Part shown: positions 25,998 to 33,341 of the stretch, piece by piece
Layout: each line of letters begins with the position of its first letter
Numbering within the stretch: the stretch's first letter is position 1
DNA from: Candidatus Eiseniibacteriota bacterium
Lineage (GTDB): Bacteria > Orphanbacterota > Orphanbacteria > Orphanbacterales > Orphanbacteraceae
DNA: 33,341 nt
Assembly (NCBI GenBank): GCA_043809585.1
Contig: JBDROZ010000095.1
Location: 1-33,341, forward strand
Direction: 5' to 3'
The notes under the pieces: model-generated
The model's database searches: none
The model's input: the letters and a program-made list of their open reading frames with translations, nothing else
Told to the model about the DNA's origin: nothing
Made by a program: the position numbers and the translations under genes

Positions 25998-27436
25998 CAG
26001 CCGCGGTCTCCGATCCCCTTCATTTGGAGATTGAAGCAGACCATCTTCGGTTCGGTCATCTCCTGGAGGGCGAACTGGATCCCCTCCCGGCCGAGACCGC
26101 TCCGCTTGACGCCGCCGAAGGGCATCTGGTCGACCCGGTAGTCGGAGGAATCGTTCACGACGATGCCTCCCACGTCCATCTCCCGGATGGCGTAGAAGGC
26201 GTTGTCCAGGTTCGACGTGAAGATGCCGGCGAGGAGGCCGTAGTCCGGCTCGTTCGATTTCCTCACCGCCTCCTCGAGGGAGTCGACCGGGTAGAGAGAG
26301 ACCACCGGCGCGAAGACCTCCTCGCAGCCGACCCGGGCCGTCTCCGGCACTCGAGTGAGGACCGTCGGTTCGTAGACCGCCCCCTTTCGGCCCCCGCCGG
26401 TGAGGAGCTTGGCTCCCGCCTTCACCGCCTCGTTCACCCATCCCTCGATCCGGATCGCCTCTTTCTCCGTGATCATCGGGCCCATGTCGCACTCTTCATC
26501 GAGCTTCGGCCCGATCTTGTACTTCTTCGTCCGCTCCACGAAGGCCTTCACGTACCGGTCGTAGATCGGCCGTTCGATGTAGATCCGCTGCACGCCGATG
26601 CAGTTCTGCCCCGCCGCCCAGAAGGCGCCGGAGACGTTGCACTCCACGGCGAGATCGAAATCGCAATCCGCCATCACGATGACCGGCGAGTTGGAACCGA
26701 GCTCCATGCCGATCTTCTTGAGGCCCGCCTTCTTCGCGATCGCCTCGCCCGCCTCCGGGCCGCCGGTGAAGGAGACCATGCGGACCCGCGGGTCCGTGAC
26801 GAGGACGTCGCCGATCTTGTCGCCGTACCCGGTGACCACATTCAGTGCCTCCGGGGGCAGCCCGGAGTCGACGAACGCCTCGGCGAGCATAAGCGCCGAG
26901 AGAGGTGTCACCGTCGCCGGCTTCAGCACGACCGAGTTCCCGCCGGCGAAGGCGGGCCCGAGCTTGTGGGCCACCAGGTTCAGGGGATCGTTGAAGGGCG
27001 TGATCGCCGCGATCACGCCGATGGGAAACCGGTAGTAGTAACCAACCCGGTTTTCCGAGCCGGGCACGGCATCGAAGTTGATCGTCTCGCCCACGATCCT
27101 GCGCGCTTCGTCCGCCGAAACCTGCAATGTGTTGCCGCAGCGGAACGCCTCTTTCCGGGCCTCCCGGATCGTCTTCGACGCTTCCCGGGCGATCACCTTC
27201 GCGAACTTCTCCTGGTTCTCGGCGATCCGGTTCGCCGTCTTCCGGAGGATGTCGACCCGCCGGTGCGTCGGCAGACGCCGCATGATTTCGAATCCCCGGA
27301 CGGCGCTTGCCACCGCCGCGAGGACGTCCTTCTCGTTGCCCGAGGGAACCGTGTCGACCAGGGACCCGTCGTACGGATCGAGGACTTCGATCTTGTCGTC
27401 CCGGTCGACCCACTTCCCGCCGATCGGCATCTTCAT
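25997..27436 (-). CDS. NAD(P)+-dependent aldehyde dehydrogenase family protein
   Basis: ALDH motifs: FTGGPEAGEAIAKKAG, catalytic Cys in GQNCIGVQRIYI, ELGSNSP. ATG at 27436 with an AGGAG RBS. TGA stop. Confidence 0.85.
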   Translation of the reverse strand: MKMPIGGKWVDRDDKIEVLDPYDGSLVDTVPSGNEKDVLAAVASAVRGFEIMRRLPTHRRVDILRKTANRIAENQEKFAKVIAREASKTIREARKEAFRCGNTLQVSADEARRIVGETINFDAVPGSENRVGYYYRFPIGVIAAITPFNDPLNLVAHKLGPAFAGGNSVVLKPATVTPLSALMLAEAFVDSGLPPEALNVVTGYGDKIGDVLVTDPRVRMVSFTGGPEAGEAIAKKAGLKKIGMELGSNSPVIVMADCDFDLAVECNVSGAFWAAGQNCIGVQRIYIERPIYDRYVKAFVERTKKYKIGPKLDEECDMGPMITEKEAIRIEGWVNEAVKAGAKLLTGGGRKGAVYEPTVLTRVPETARVGCEEVFAPVVSLYPVDSLEEAVRKSNEPDYGLLAGIFTSNLDNAFYAIREMDVGGIVVNDSSDYRVDQMPFGGVKRSGLGREGIQFALQEMTEPKMVCFNLQMKGIGDRG

Positions 27437-27458
27437 GGCGTTTCTCCTACTCCTCGCG

Positions 27459-28493
27459 CTATTTGCGGGAACGGTGGATCTCGAGGAGGTCGGCAAGGAC
27501 CGAGAACCCGGTCTCCACCCGCCCCGCGCCGGCGCCGATCACGGTCACCGGGCCCATGAGGTCCGTCTCGAAGGTGACGGCGTTCGTCGCGCCCCCCACG
27601 CCCGCGAGCGGGTCGGAGAGGGGGAGGGCGACCGGCTTCACCGACGCCTTCAGCTTCCCGTTCTTCATCTCGGCGCGGCCGATCAGCTTGTAGCGCCTGC
27701 CCTCTTTCGCCGCTTTTTGGATCATCTCCGGGGTGATTTTGGTGATCCCCTGGCAGGGGATGTCGGACGGTTTCACATTCGCGCCGAGGACGTAGTTCGA
27801 GAGGATCACGACCTTGGCGAGGGCGTCGAAGCCCTTCACGTCGGCGTCGGGCACCGCCTCGGCGTAGCCGAGCTTCTGGGCCTTGGCGAGCACCGTGTCG
27901 TAGGCGACGCCCTTCTCCATCTCCGAGAGCATGTAGTTCGTCGTGCCGTTCAGGATTCCCGCCACGGCGCTCACCCGGCAGCCGGCCAGGTTCCGGCGGA
28001 AGAGGGAGAGGGTGGGTGTCCCGCTCATGACGGTTCCCTCGAAAAGGAACTCGACTTTCTTTCGCTTCGCGAGCCTCGAGAGCTCGGGCAGGAAGAGGGC
28101 CACGGGGCCCTTGTTCGTGGTCGCGACGTGCATGCCCCTGCTCAGAGCCGCCTTCACGTGGCCCGTCGCCGGCTGGCCGGTCTTGATGTTCGTGTAGGCC
28201 AGCTCGATCATGATGTCCGCGTTCGTTTCCTTGATGGTGGCGAGGGCGTCCAGGCCCTTCTTCCCCCCCGGATACGCGCCCAGGGTCTTGCCCGACTTCA
28301 CCAGGGCGAGGGCCTTCTTCAGATCGATGCCCGACGGGACGAGGACGGAACCGAGCTTGAAGTCGGAAATGGCCGTGACCTTCACGGCGAACCCTTCCTT
28401 CTCCTTCAGTTCCTTCTCCTTGGCGAGGAGAATTTCCGCCAATCCCTGCCCGACGGTTCCGAAGCCGATCATCGCGACTTTCCAGGTCTTCAT
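27459..28493 (-). CDS. hom: homoserine dehydrogenase (no ACT domain)
   Basis: MKTWKVAMIGFGTVGQG NAD-binding N-terminus, and the characteristic central region of homoserine dehydrogenases. TAG stop. Confidence 0.8.
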   Translation of the reverse strand: MKTWKVAMIGFGTVGQGLAEILLAKEKELKEKEGFAVKVTAISDFKLGSVLVPSGIDLKKALALVKSGKTLGAYPGGKKGLDALATIKETNADIMIELAYTNIKTGQPATGHVKAALSRGMHVATTNKGPVALFLPELSRLAKRKKVEFLFEGTVMSGTPTLSLFRRNLAGCRVSAVAGILNGTTNYMLSEMEKGVAYDTVLAKAQKLGYAEAVPDADVKGFDALAKVVILSNYVLGANVKPSDIPCQGITKITPEMIQKAAKEGRRYKLIGRAEMKNGKLKASVKPVALPLSDPLAGVGGATNAVTFETDLMGPVTVIGAGAGRVETGFSVLADLLEIHRSRK

Positions 28494-28521
28494 CTCTCCC
28501 GTTCCTCCGCGCCGCCGGGGT

Positions 28522-29658
28522 TCACTTGAGCGCTTGTTTCAGGTCCTTGACGATGTCGTCCACGTTTTCGATGCCGACGGAGATGCGCACGAGCCCGTCG
28601 GTGAGGCCCCGGGCGAGCCGCTCCGCCTTCGGCACGTCCGCGTGGGTCATGGTCGCCGGGTGGGTCACCATGGTCTCCACGGCGCCGAGACTCTCGGCGA
28701 GGGAGCAGAGCTTCACGCGGTTCATGAGGTTCCGTCCCGCCGGGATGCCCCCCTTCAGCTCGAAGGAGATCATTCCGCTGAAATCGGACATCTGGCGCTT
28801 GGCGATCTCGTGGCCGGGGTGGCTCGGCAGTCCGGGGTAGGAGATCCGCTTCACGTTCGGGTGGGCCTCGAGGAACCGGGCCACGGCCATGCCGTTCCTG
28901 CTGTGCCGCTCCATCCGGATGGCGAGGGTCTTCACCCCCGTCAGCGTCAGCCAGCAGTCGAAGGGGCTCGGCACGGCCCCCACCGCCTTCTGCACGAACT
29001 TCAAGTGCTCGTGAAGGGCGGGGTCGTTCACGATCACCACGCCCCCGATGATCTGGTTGTGGCCGGAGATGTACTTGGTGGTCGAGTGCATGACGATGTC
29101 GGCGCCATGCTCGATGGGGCGGAGCAGGGCGGGCGTGGCGAAGGTGGAATCCACGCCGAAGAGGACCTTCTTTCTCCGGCAGATGTCGCCCACCGCTTCT
29201 AGGTCGGTCACTTTGAGGAGCGGGTTCGTCGGCGTCTCGACCCACACCATCTTGGTGCTCTTCTTGATCGCTCGGGCCACGTTCGCCTGGTCCGACGTGT
29301 CGACGTAACTGAACTTCAGGCCGTACCGGGAGAGGATCCGGTTGAAGAGCCGCGAAACGCCGCCGTACACGTCGTCGGAGGAGACGATGTGGTCGCCCGG
29401 ATTGAAAAGACGGAAGAGGCCGTCCACCGCCGAGAGGCCGGAGGCGAAGGCGACGGCGTGCCTCCCCCCCTCGAGGGCGGCCAGGTTCGCTTCGAGCATC
29501 TGGCGGGTCGGGTTCGAGGCCCTCGTGTAGTCGAACCCCCTGTTCTTGCCCACCTCGGGGAGCACGTAGGTGGCGGTCTGGTAGATGGGGGGGACGATCG
29601 CGCCCGTCGTCGGGTCGGGGAGGACGCCCGCCCGCACTGCCTTGGTTTCGAACTTCAT
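28522..29658 (-). CDS. PLP-dependent Cys/Met-metabolism enzyme (cystathionine gamma-synthase / beta-lyase / O-acylhomoserine sulfhydrylase family)
   Basis: MKFETKAVRAG N-terminus. PLP lysine in STTKYISGHN. The longer ORF to 29781 has no support. TGA stop. Confidence 0.85.
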   Translation of the reverse strand: MKFETKAVRAGVLPDPTTGAIVPPIYQTATYVLPEVGKNRGFDYTRASNPTRQMLEANLAALEGGRHAVAFASGLSAVDGLFRLFNPGDHIVSSDDVYGGVSRLFNRILSRYGLKFSYVDTSDQANVARAIKKSTKMVWVETPTNPLLKVTDLEAVGDICRRKKVLFGVDSTFATPALLRPIEHGADIVMHSTTKYISGHNQIIGGVVIVNDPALHEHLKFVQKAVGAVPSPFDCWLTLTGVKTLAIRMERHSRNGMAVARFLEAHPNVKRISYPGLPSHPGHEIAKRQMSDFSGMISFELKGGIPAGRNLMNRVKLCSLAESLGAVETMVTHPATMTHADVPKAERLARGLTDGLVRISVGIENVDDIVKDLKQALK

Positions 29659-29755
29659 CGCTCGAGGATCTCCTTCCGGATGGACGTCTGTTCGGGCAAT
29701 CCCCGGAAGGATATCAGACCCGCCCGGGGAAGGACAAGGCGGGCGACGGGCCCGG

Positions 29756-31045
29756 TCAGCGGTTCTCCGGGGGAAGGGCACGGTCGGGCCGGACCCGGGC
29801 GAGGAGGAGGGCGCCGGCGACGAAGAAGAGGACCAGGAGGAGAATCGCGTGGCGGCTCGTCCCCGTCCGCTGCGCGACGAGGCCGAAGAGGAGGGGGCCG
29901 GCGATTCCGGCGAAGCGGCTGCTCACGCTGAAGAAGCCGAACCACTCGGCGCTCCGTTCCTTGGGGGTCAGGGAGGCGAAGAGGGAGCGGGAGAGGGCTT
30001 GGGTTCCTCCCTGCACGGTGCCGACGAGGAGGGCGAGGACCCAGAAGTGCCACGGTTTCGACAGGAAGGCGGCGCCCACGGCGATTCCGGCGTAGACGGC
30101 GAGGCCGAGGAAAATGCCCGTCCGGGCGCCGATCCGGCCGGCGAGGCGGCCGAAGAGGAAGGAGAAGGGAACGCCGACGAACTGCACCGCCAGGAGGGCG
30201 CCGATCAGGTCGTCCCTGCCGATGCCGATCTCGGCGCCGTAGATCACCGCCATCTTGATGATGGTGCCGATGCCGTCTCCGTAGACCCAGAAGGCGAGGA
30301 GGAACTTCCACGCCTCCCGGTAGCGGCGGATCTCGCGGATGGTCCGGGAAAGGCGCTTGACGCTCGCCGCGAGGGCCGCGCCGAGGGTGGGAACGCCGTC
30401 CGGCGCGGAGGCTTCCGGTTCGGGAATCCGCCGGGCGAGGGGGATCGTGAAGAGGAGCCACCAGATCGTGACCGTGACGAAGGAGGCCCGGATGCCCGCG
30501 GTCGCCGAGGGGAGGAGGAAGGCCGACGGGAAGAGGACCATCGCCGTGTTCAGGAGAAGGAGGAGGCCGCCGCCGAGGTAGCCGACGGCGTAGCCCCGCG
30601 TCGAGATCCGGTCCAGGTCGCCGGGGCGGGCGACGAAGGGGAGGAGGGAGTCGTAATGGACGAAGCTGAGGACGAAGGGGACGTGGGCGAGCATGTAGAG
30701 GAGCGAGGCACGGCGCCAGCCCCCCGGTCCCACGGTGGCGAGGAGGGAGGTGGCGAGGGCGCCGAAGAGGGCGAAGACGAGAAGAAAGCGTTTGCGGCGG
30801 CCGAGGTGGTCGGCGGCGGCGCCGGCGAGGGGGGAGAGGATGGCGGCCACGGCGAGGGAGACGGCGGTGGTGTAGCCCCAGTAGGCGGTGGCCCGCGCTC
30901 CGGGGAGGTGGCCCGCGGCGACGCCGGCGTAGAAGATGGGGAGGAAGGCGGCCATGACGGTGGTGGCGAACGCGGAGTTGGCCCAGTCGTAGAGGCACCA
31001 GGCGTTGACGCGGCGGCAGTAGAGGTTGTCGGCGGTCCGGTTCAT
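29756..31045 (-). CDS. MFS transporter, UMF1/Atg22-like family
   Basis: 12 predicted TM helices. N-terminal YDWANSAFATTVMAAFLPIFY motif typical of the UMF1 family. TGA stop. Confidence 0.75.
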   Translation of the reverse strand: MNRTADNLYCRRVNAWCLYDWANSAFATTVMAAFLPIFYAGVAAGHLPGARATAYWGYTTAVSLAVAAILSPLAGAAADHLGRRKRFLLVFALFGALATSLLATVGPGGWRRASLLYMLAHVPFVLSFVHYDSLLPFVARPGDLDRISTRGYAVGYLGGGLLLLLNTAMVLFPSAFLLPSATAGIRASFVTVTIWWLLFTIPLARRIPEPEASAPDGVPTLGAALAASVKRLSRTIREIRRYREAWKFLLAFWVYGDGIGTIIKMAVIYGAEIGIGRDDLIGALLAVQFVGVPFSFLFGRLAGRIGARTGIFLGLAVYAGIAVGAAFLSKPWHFWVLALLVGTVQGGTQALSRSLFASLTPKERSAEWFGFFSVSSRFAGIAGPLLFGLVAQRTGTSRHAILLLVLFFVAGALLLARVRPDRALPPENR

Positions 31046-31394
31046 AGGGTCGGTTGTTCCGGCAGGGTCTTACCGGGTGCGAGTTCGGACGGGTCCTGTC
31101 GCCGATTGCCCGCTGCAGTGCTCGCCAGTCGCGCCATGTCTTTCTTGATTGCCCGGTGAGAACCGCGCCTTTCGATAGAGGCTCGGTCTTGTTTGTCGGG
31201 ATCGGGCGCTTGGTGGCTGCGCTCCTCGCGGGCCCCCATCGGCGCCACCCGCCCGTGGTTTCAAATGATCGGCAAGGACTACCGACAGGAGGGGGAGGAG
31301 AGGCGTTCGCCTTCCCGGGCCCCCGGTCCCCGACACCACTCGTGCCGCGCTCACCACTCCCCGTTCGTCCCGAGTGTCGCCCTCCCCCCGTCCT

Positions 31395-32492
31395 CTACCC
31401 CTCGGCCTCCCGTTCGATCGTCTCGAGCAGGTCGTAGTACGACTTCTCGAACTTCCGGACGCCGTCGGGCACGAGGGTGTTCATGGTGATGTCGTCGATG
31501 TCGATGCCGGCCTCTGCCAGCTCTCCGAGGACGGCCTTCGCGTCGGCGATGGTCGCGTCCGTCAGGGTTCGCTCGGGCGTTCCGTGGTCCCGGTAGGCGT
31601 CGATCGTGTCGTCGGGCATGGTGTTCACGCAGTGCGGACCGATCAGGTCCTGCACGTAGAGGATGTCCGAGTAGGAGGGATCCTTGGTGCTCGTGCTCGC
31701 CCAGAGGGGGTTTTGGATGCGGGCGCCGGCGGCCTCGAGTTCCTTCCAGTCCCGGCCCGCGAACCTCTCCTCGAAGGCGCGGTAGGCAAGGCGGGAGTTC
31801 GCGACGGCGACCCGGCCGCACAGATCGGTCCGGCCCGCCGCCTTCAGACGCTTGTCCGCCTCCGAGTCGACGCGGCTGACGAAGAAGCTCGCCACCGAGG
31901 CGATCCGGTCGACCGGCTTCCCCTCGCCGATCTGTCGCCGGAGGCCCCGGAAGAAGGCGCTCATCACTTCTTCGTAGCGGCTGACGGCGAAGAGAAGGGT
32001 GACATTCACGTTCATCCCCTCGGCCAGGAGCTCCTCGATGACCGGCAGGCCCTCTTCCGTACCCGGAACCTTCAGCATGAGATTGGGCCGGCCGACCTTC
32101 TTCCACAGCTCCCGTCCCTGAACGAGGCTCTCCGCGGTCTTGTGGGCGAAGGTCGGATTCAGCTCGAGGCTGACGTAGCCGTGGGCGCCGTCGCTCTCGT
32201 CGTAGAGGGGGCGGAAGATGTCGCACGCACGCCGGACGTCGCCGATCATGATCTCCCAGCAGATCTCTTCGGTCGAACGCCCGTCGGCGGCGAGGCGGCG
32301 GATGTCCTCGGCGTACTCGACGCCCTTCGACACGCCCATCTGGAAGATGGTCGGATTCGATGTCTCGCCCCGGATGCCGTCCTCGTCGATCAGCCTCTGC
32401 AGCCTCCCCGAGTCCATCAGGTTTCGGTCGAGGTAGTCGAGCCAGACGCTGACGCCTTCGTCTTGCAGCCGCTTCAGGGGGTTCGATGCCAT
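31395..32492 (-). CDS. tal: transaldolase (about 365-aa actinobacterial-type)
   Basis: SNPTIF, catalytic K in NLMLKVPGT, NPLWASTSTKDP. ATG at 32492 with a GGAGGA RBS 8 nt upstream. The upstream ORF extension is low-complexity. TAG stop. Confidence 0.85.
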   Translation of the reverse strand: MASNPLKRLQDEGVSVWLDYLDRNLMDSGRLQRLIDEDGIRGETSNPTIFQMGVSKGVEYAEDIRRLAADGRSTEEICWEIMIGDVRRACDIFRPLYDESDGAHGYVSLELNPTFAHKTAESLVQGRELWKKVGRPNLMLKVPGTEEGLPVIEELLAEGMNVNVTLLFAVSRYEEVMSAFFRGLRRQIGEGKPVDRIASVASFFVSRVDSEADKRLKAAGRTDLCGRVAVANSRLAYRAFEERFAGRDWKELEAAGARIQNPLWASTSTKDPSYSDILYVQDLIGPHCVNTMPDDTIDAYRDHGTPERTLTDATIADAKAVLGELAEAGIDIDDITMNTLVPDGVRKFEKSYYDLLETIEREAEG

Positions 32493-32607
32493 GAGAGATC
32501 CTCCGATGTATGAGATTGAGGTCGATTGCCTTGCTGGTCTCGGCACCGATTGTAGGGCAGACGAAGAGGAAGGGCTAGCGGGATCGGATGGAGGGGGAAA
32601 GCCCGAA

Positions 32608-32686
32608 GGGAATGCGGGGGACACGAAACGAGTTCATGTCCCCCGCATTCCGCCGGAGGCCTGTCCTGAGTAGGGCCGGAGGTCCG
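32608..32686 (+). repeat. M3 hairpin (32608-32650, 15-bp perfect stem) + REP-like M2b unit (32651-32686)
   Basis: GGAAUGCGGGGGACA-cgaaacgaguuca-UGUCCCCCGCAUUCC. Then CCUGUCCUGAGUAGGGCC-GGAG-GUCCGUAUCGAAGGG. This is the inverted partner of 32881-32916. Confidence 0.7.
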
Positions 32687-32880
32687 TATCGAAGGGCTCG
32701 GGCGGAACCAGTCCCCCACTGATTTCAAAGTGACTGAGCTCAGATGAGCAACGCTCCGATTCATTCCAAAGTCCCAAGCGCGGTGAGACTAACGAGGGGC
32801 CCGCGGGCCCGGGTGGGCGAACGTCTCTCCCCCCCCCTTTTACGTGTGCGCGTGGTCCCTCGCCTTTCCCCGGTTCGTCC

Positions 32881-32956
32881 CCTTCGAGACAGACCTTCGG
32901 TTCTACTCAGGACAGGCTTCGATACACCGCCCGGCCTCCGGCCGCGGCACTCAGGA
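32881..32956 (-). repeat. REP-like units M2b (32881-32916) and M2a (32917-32956) of repeat copy D
   Basis: Minus strand reads CCUGAGUGCCGCGGCCGG-AGG-CCGGGCGGUGUAUCGAAG then CCUGUCCUGAGUAGAACCGAAGGUCUGUCUCGAAGG. Together with 32651-32686 these form 36-bp imperfect inverted repeats around a 194-nt core. Confidence 0.7.
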
Positions 32957-32984
32957 CGAACGGGGGGGGAATCGGTGGGGCGGT

Positions 32985-33123
32985 GGATCGGAGGAGGGAG
33001 GGGATCGGGGCAGACTGGGACGCTCGTCGTGCTGCGGGAGATAACCCTCCCATTCTCCGGCCTCGTACAGTTAGCGTTGCGGAGGCCGCCAACAACTCCC
33101 CGGTTGTGCCCCGTCCCCTCCCG
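32985..33123 (-). repeat. M1 structured repeat element, copy D
   Basis: Reverse complement reads CGGGAGGGGACGGGGCACAACCGGGGAG...CCGGAGAAUGGGAGGGUUAUCUCCCGCAGCACGACGAGCGUCCCAGUCUGCCCCGAUCCCCUCCCUCCUCCGAUCC. Its 3' half is near-identical to copies A and B. Confidence 0.75.
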
Positions 33124-33275
33124 GTGCCGGTCCGCCGACCCGCCGCGTGCGGAAGACCGACGGCTGTCCCCACTCAACCTTCTACTCCCCCCGGTTCACA
33201 GACAGAAAAGCCCGGCCGGGGATTCCCGGCCGGGCACGATCTCGATCGCGCGCTTCACGCGCGCCCGTTCTTCCC

Positions 33276-33341
33276 TACCGAATCAGCGTCATCCGCTTCG
33301 ACTCGGAGAACTCCCCCGCCTGAAGACGGTAGAAGTACACC
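33276..33341 (-). CDS. 3' end of a gene encoding a protein with T9SS/FlgD-Ig-like C-terminal sorting domain (partial; continues beyond the window)
   Basis: C-terminal translation ...VYFYRLQAGEFSESKRMTLIR* parallels ...VYFVRMEDGERTVTERVVVIR* of the 275-1675 gene. TAG stop at 33276-33278. Confidence 0.6.

Noticed and set aside
31046-31394. Possible SAM riboswitch in the 350-nt leader of the MFS-metB-hom operon
   Set aside because: The SAM-I core (GAGGGA..GGCCC..GCAACC) and SAM-IV features could not be found. Only loose GGCAAUC repeats are present. Left unannotated pending a cmsearch.

Overview
This is a very GC-rich (about 70% G+C) bacterial chromosomal window. The six-frame track is dominated by long spurious antisense and alternate-frame ORFs, so I kept only ORFs supported by recognisable protein families, RBS/start context or operon logic. 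TAG terminates 12 of 26 called genes, TGA 14 and TAA none.

About 26 genes are supported, mostly housekeeping:
- two secreted proteins with T9SS/FlgD-Ig-like C-terminal sorting domains, one a beta-helix protein and one partial at the window end
- a membrane-anchored sulfatase-like transferase
- a hybrid histidine kinase
- a HAD-IG 5'-nucleotidase and an SDR oxidoreductase
- a GT-C glycosyltransferase and a secreted TPR protein
- a DUF318/ArsP-like permease fused to an HflK-like SPFH domain, followed by hflC and a second hflK that carries an in-frame TAG
- an M14 carboxypeptidase
- an ECF sigma / anti-sigma / YbjQ / secreted-protein operon
- a B12-binding radical SAM plus SPASM-type radical SAM pair
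- nfuA, thyX, an aldehyde dehydrogenase, hom, a metB-like PLP enzyme, an MFS transporter and a transaldolase.

The most unusual content is non-coding: a modular family of structured intergenic repeats.
- A ~140-150 nt element, M1, occurs in 4 copies and shows compensatory base changes in its closing stem.
- REP/BIME-like palindromic units, M2, have the consensus CUGAGU-hairpin-GUAUCGAAGG and occur 8 times in both orientations.
- Long GGGGGACA-type perfect hairpins, M3, occur twice.
Together these form composite MITE-like structures beside the two T9SS cargo genes, thyX and the transaldolase gene. I could not assign them to any known RNA family from memory; an Rfam/cmsearch scan and genome-wide copy counting would be decisive.

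Lineage guess, inference only: an FCB-group or candidate-phylum organism with T9SS and high GC, for example Gemmatimonadota or Eisenbacteria-like.
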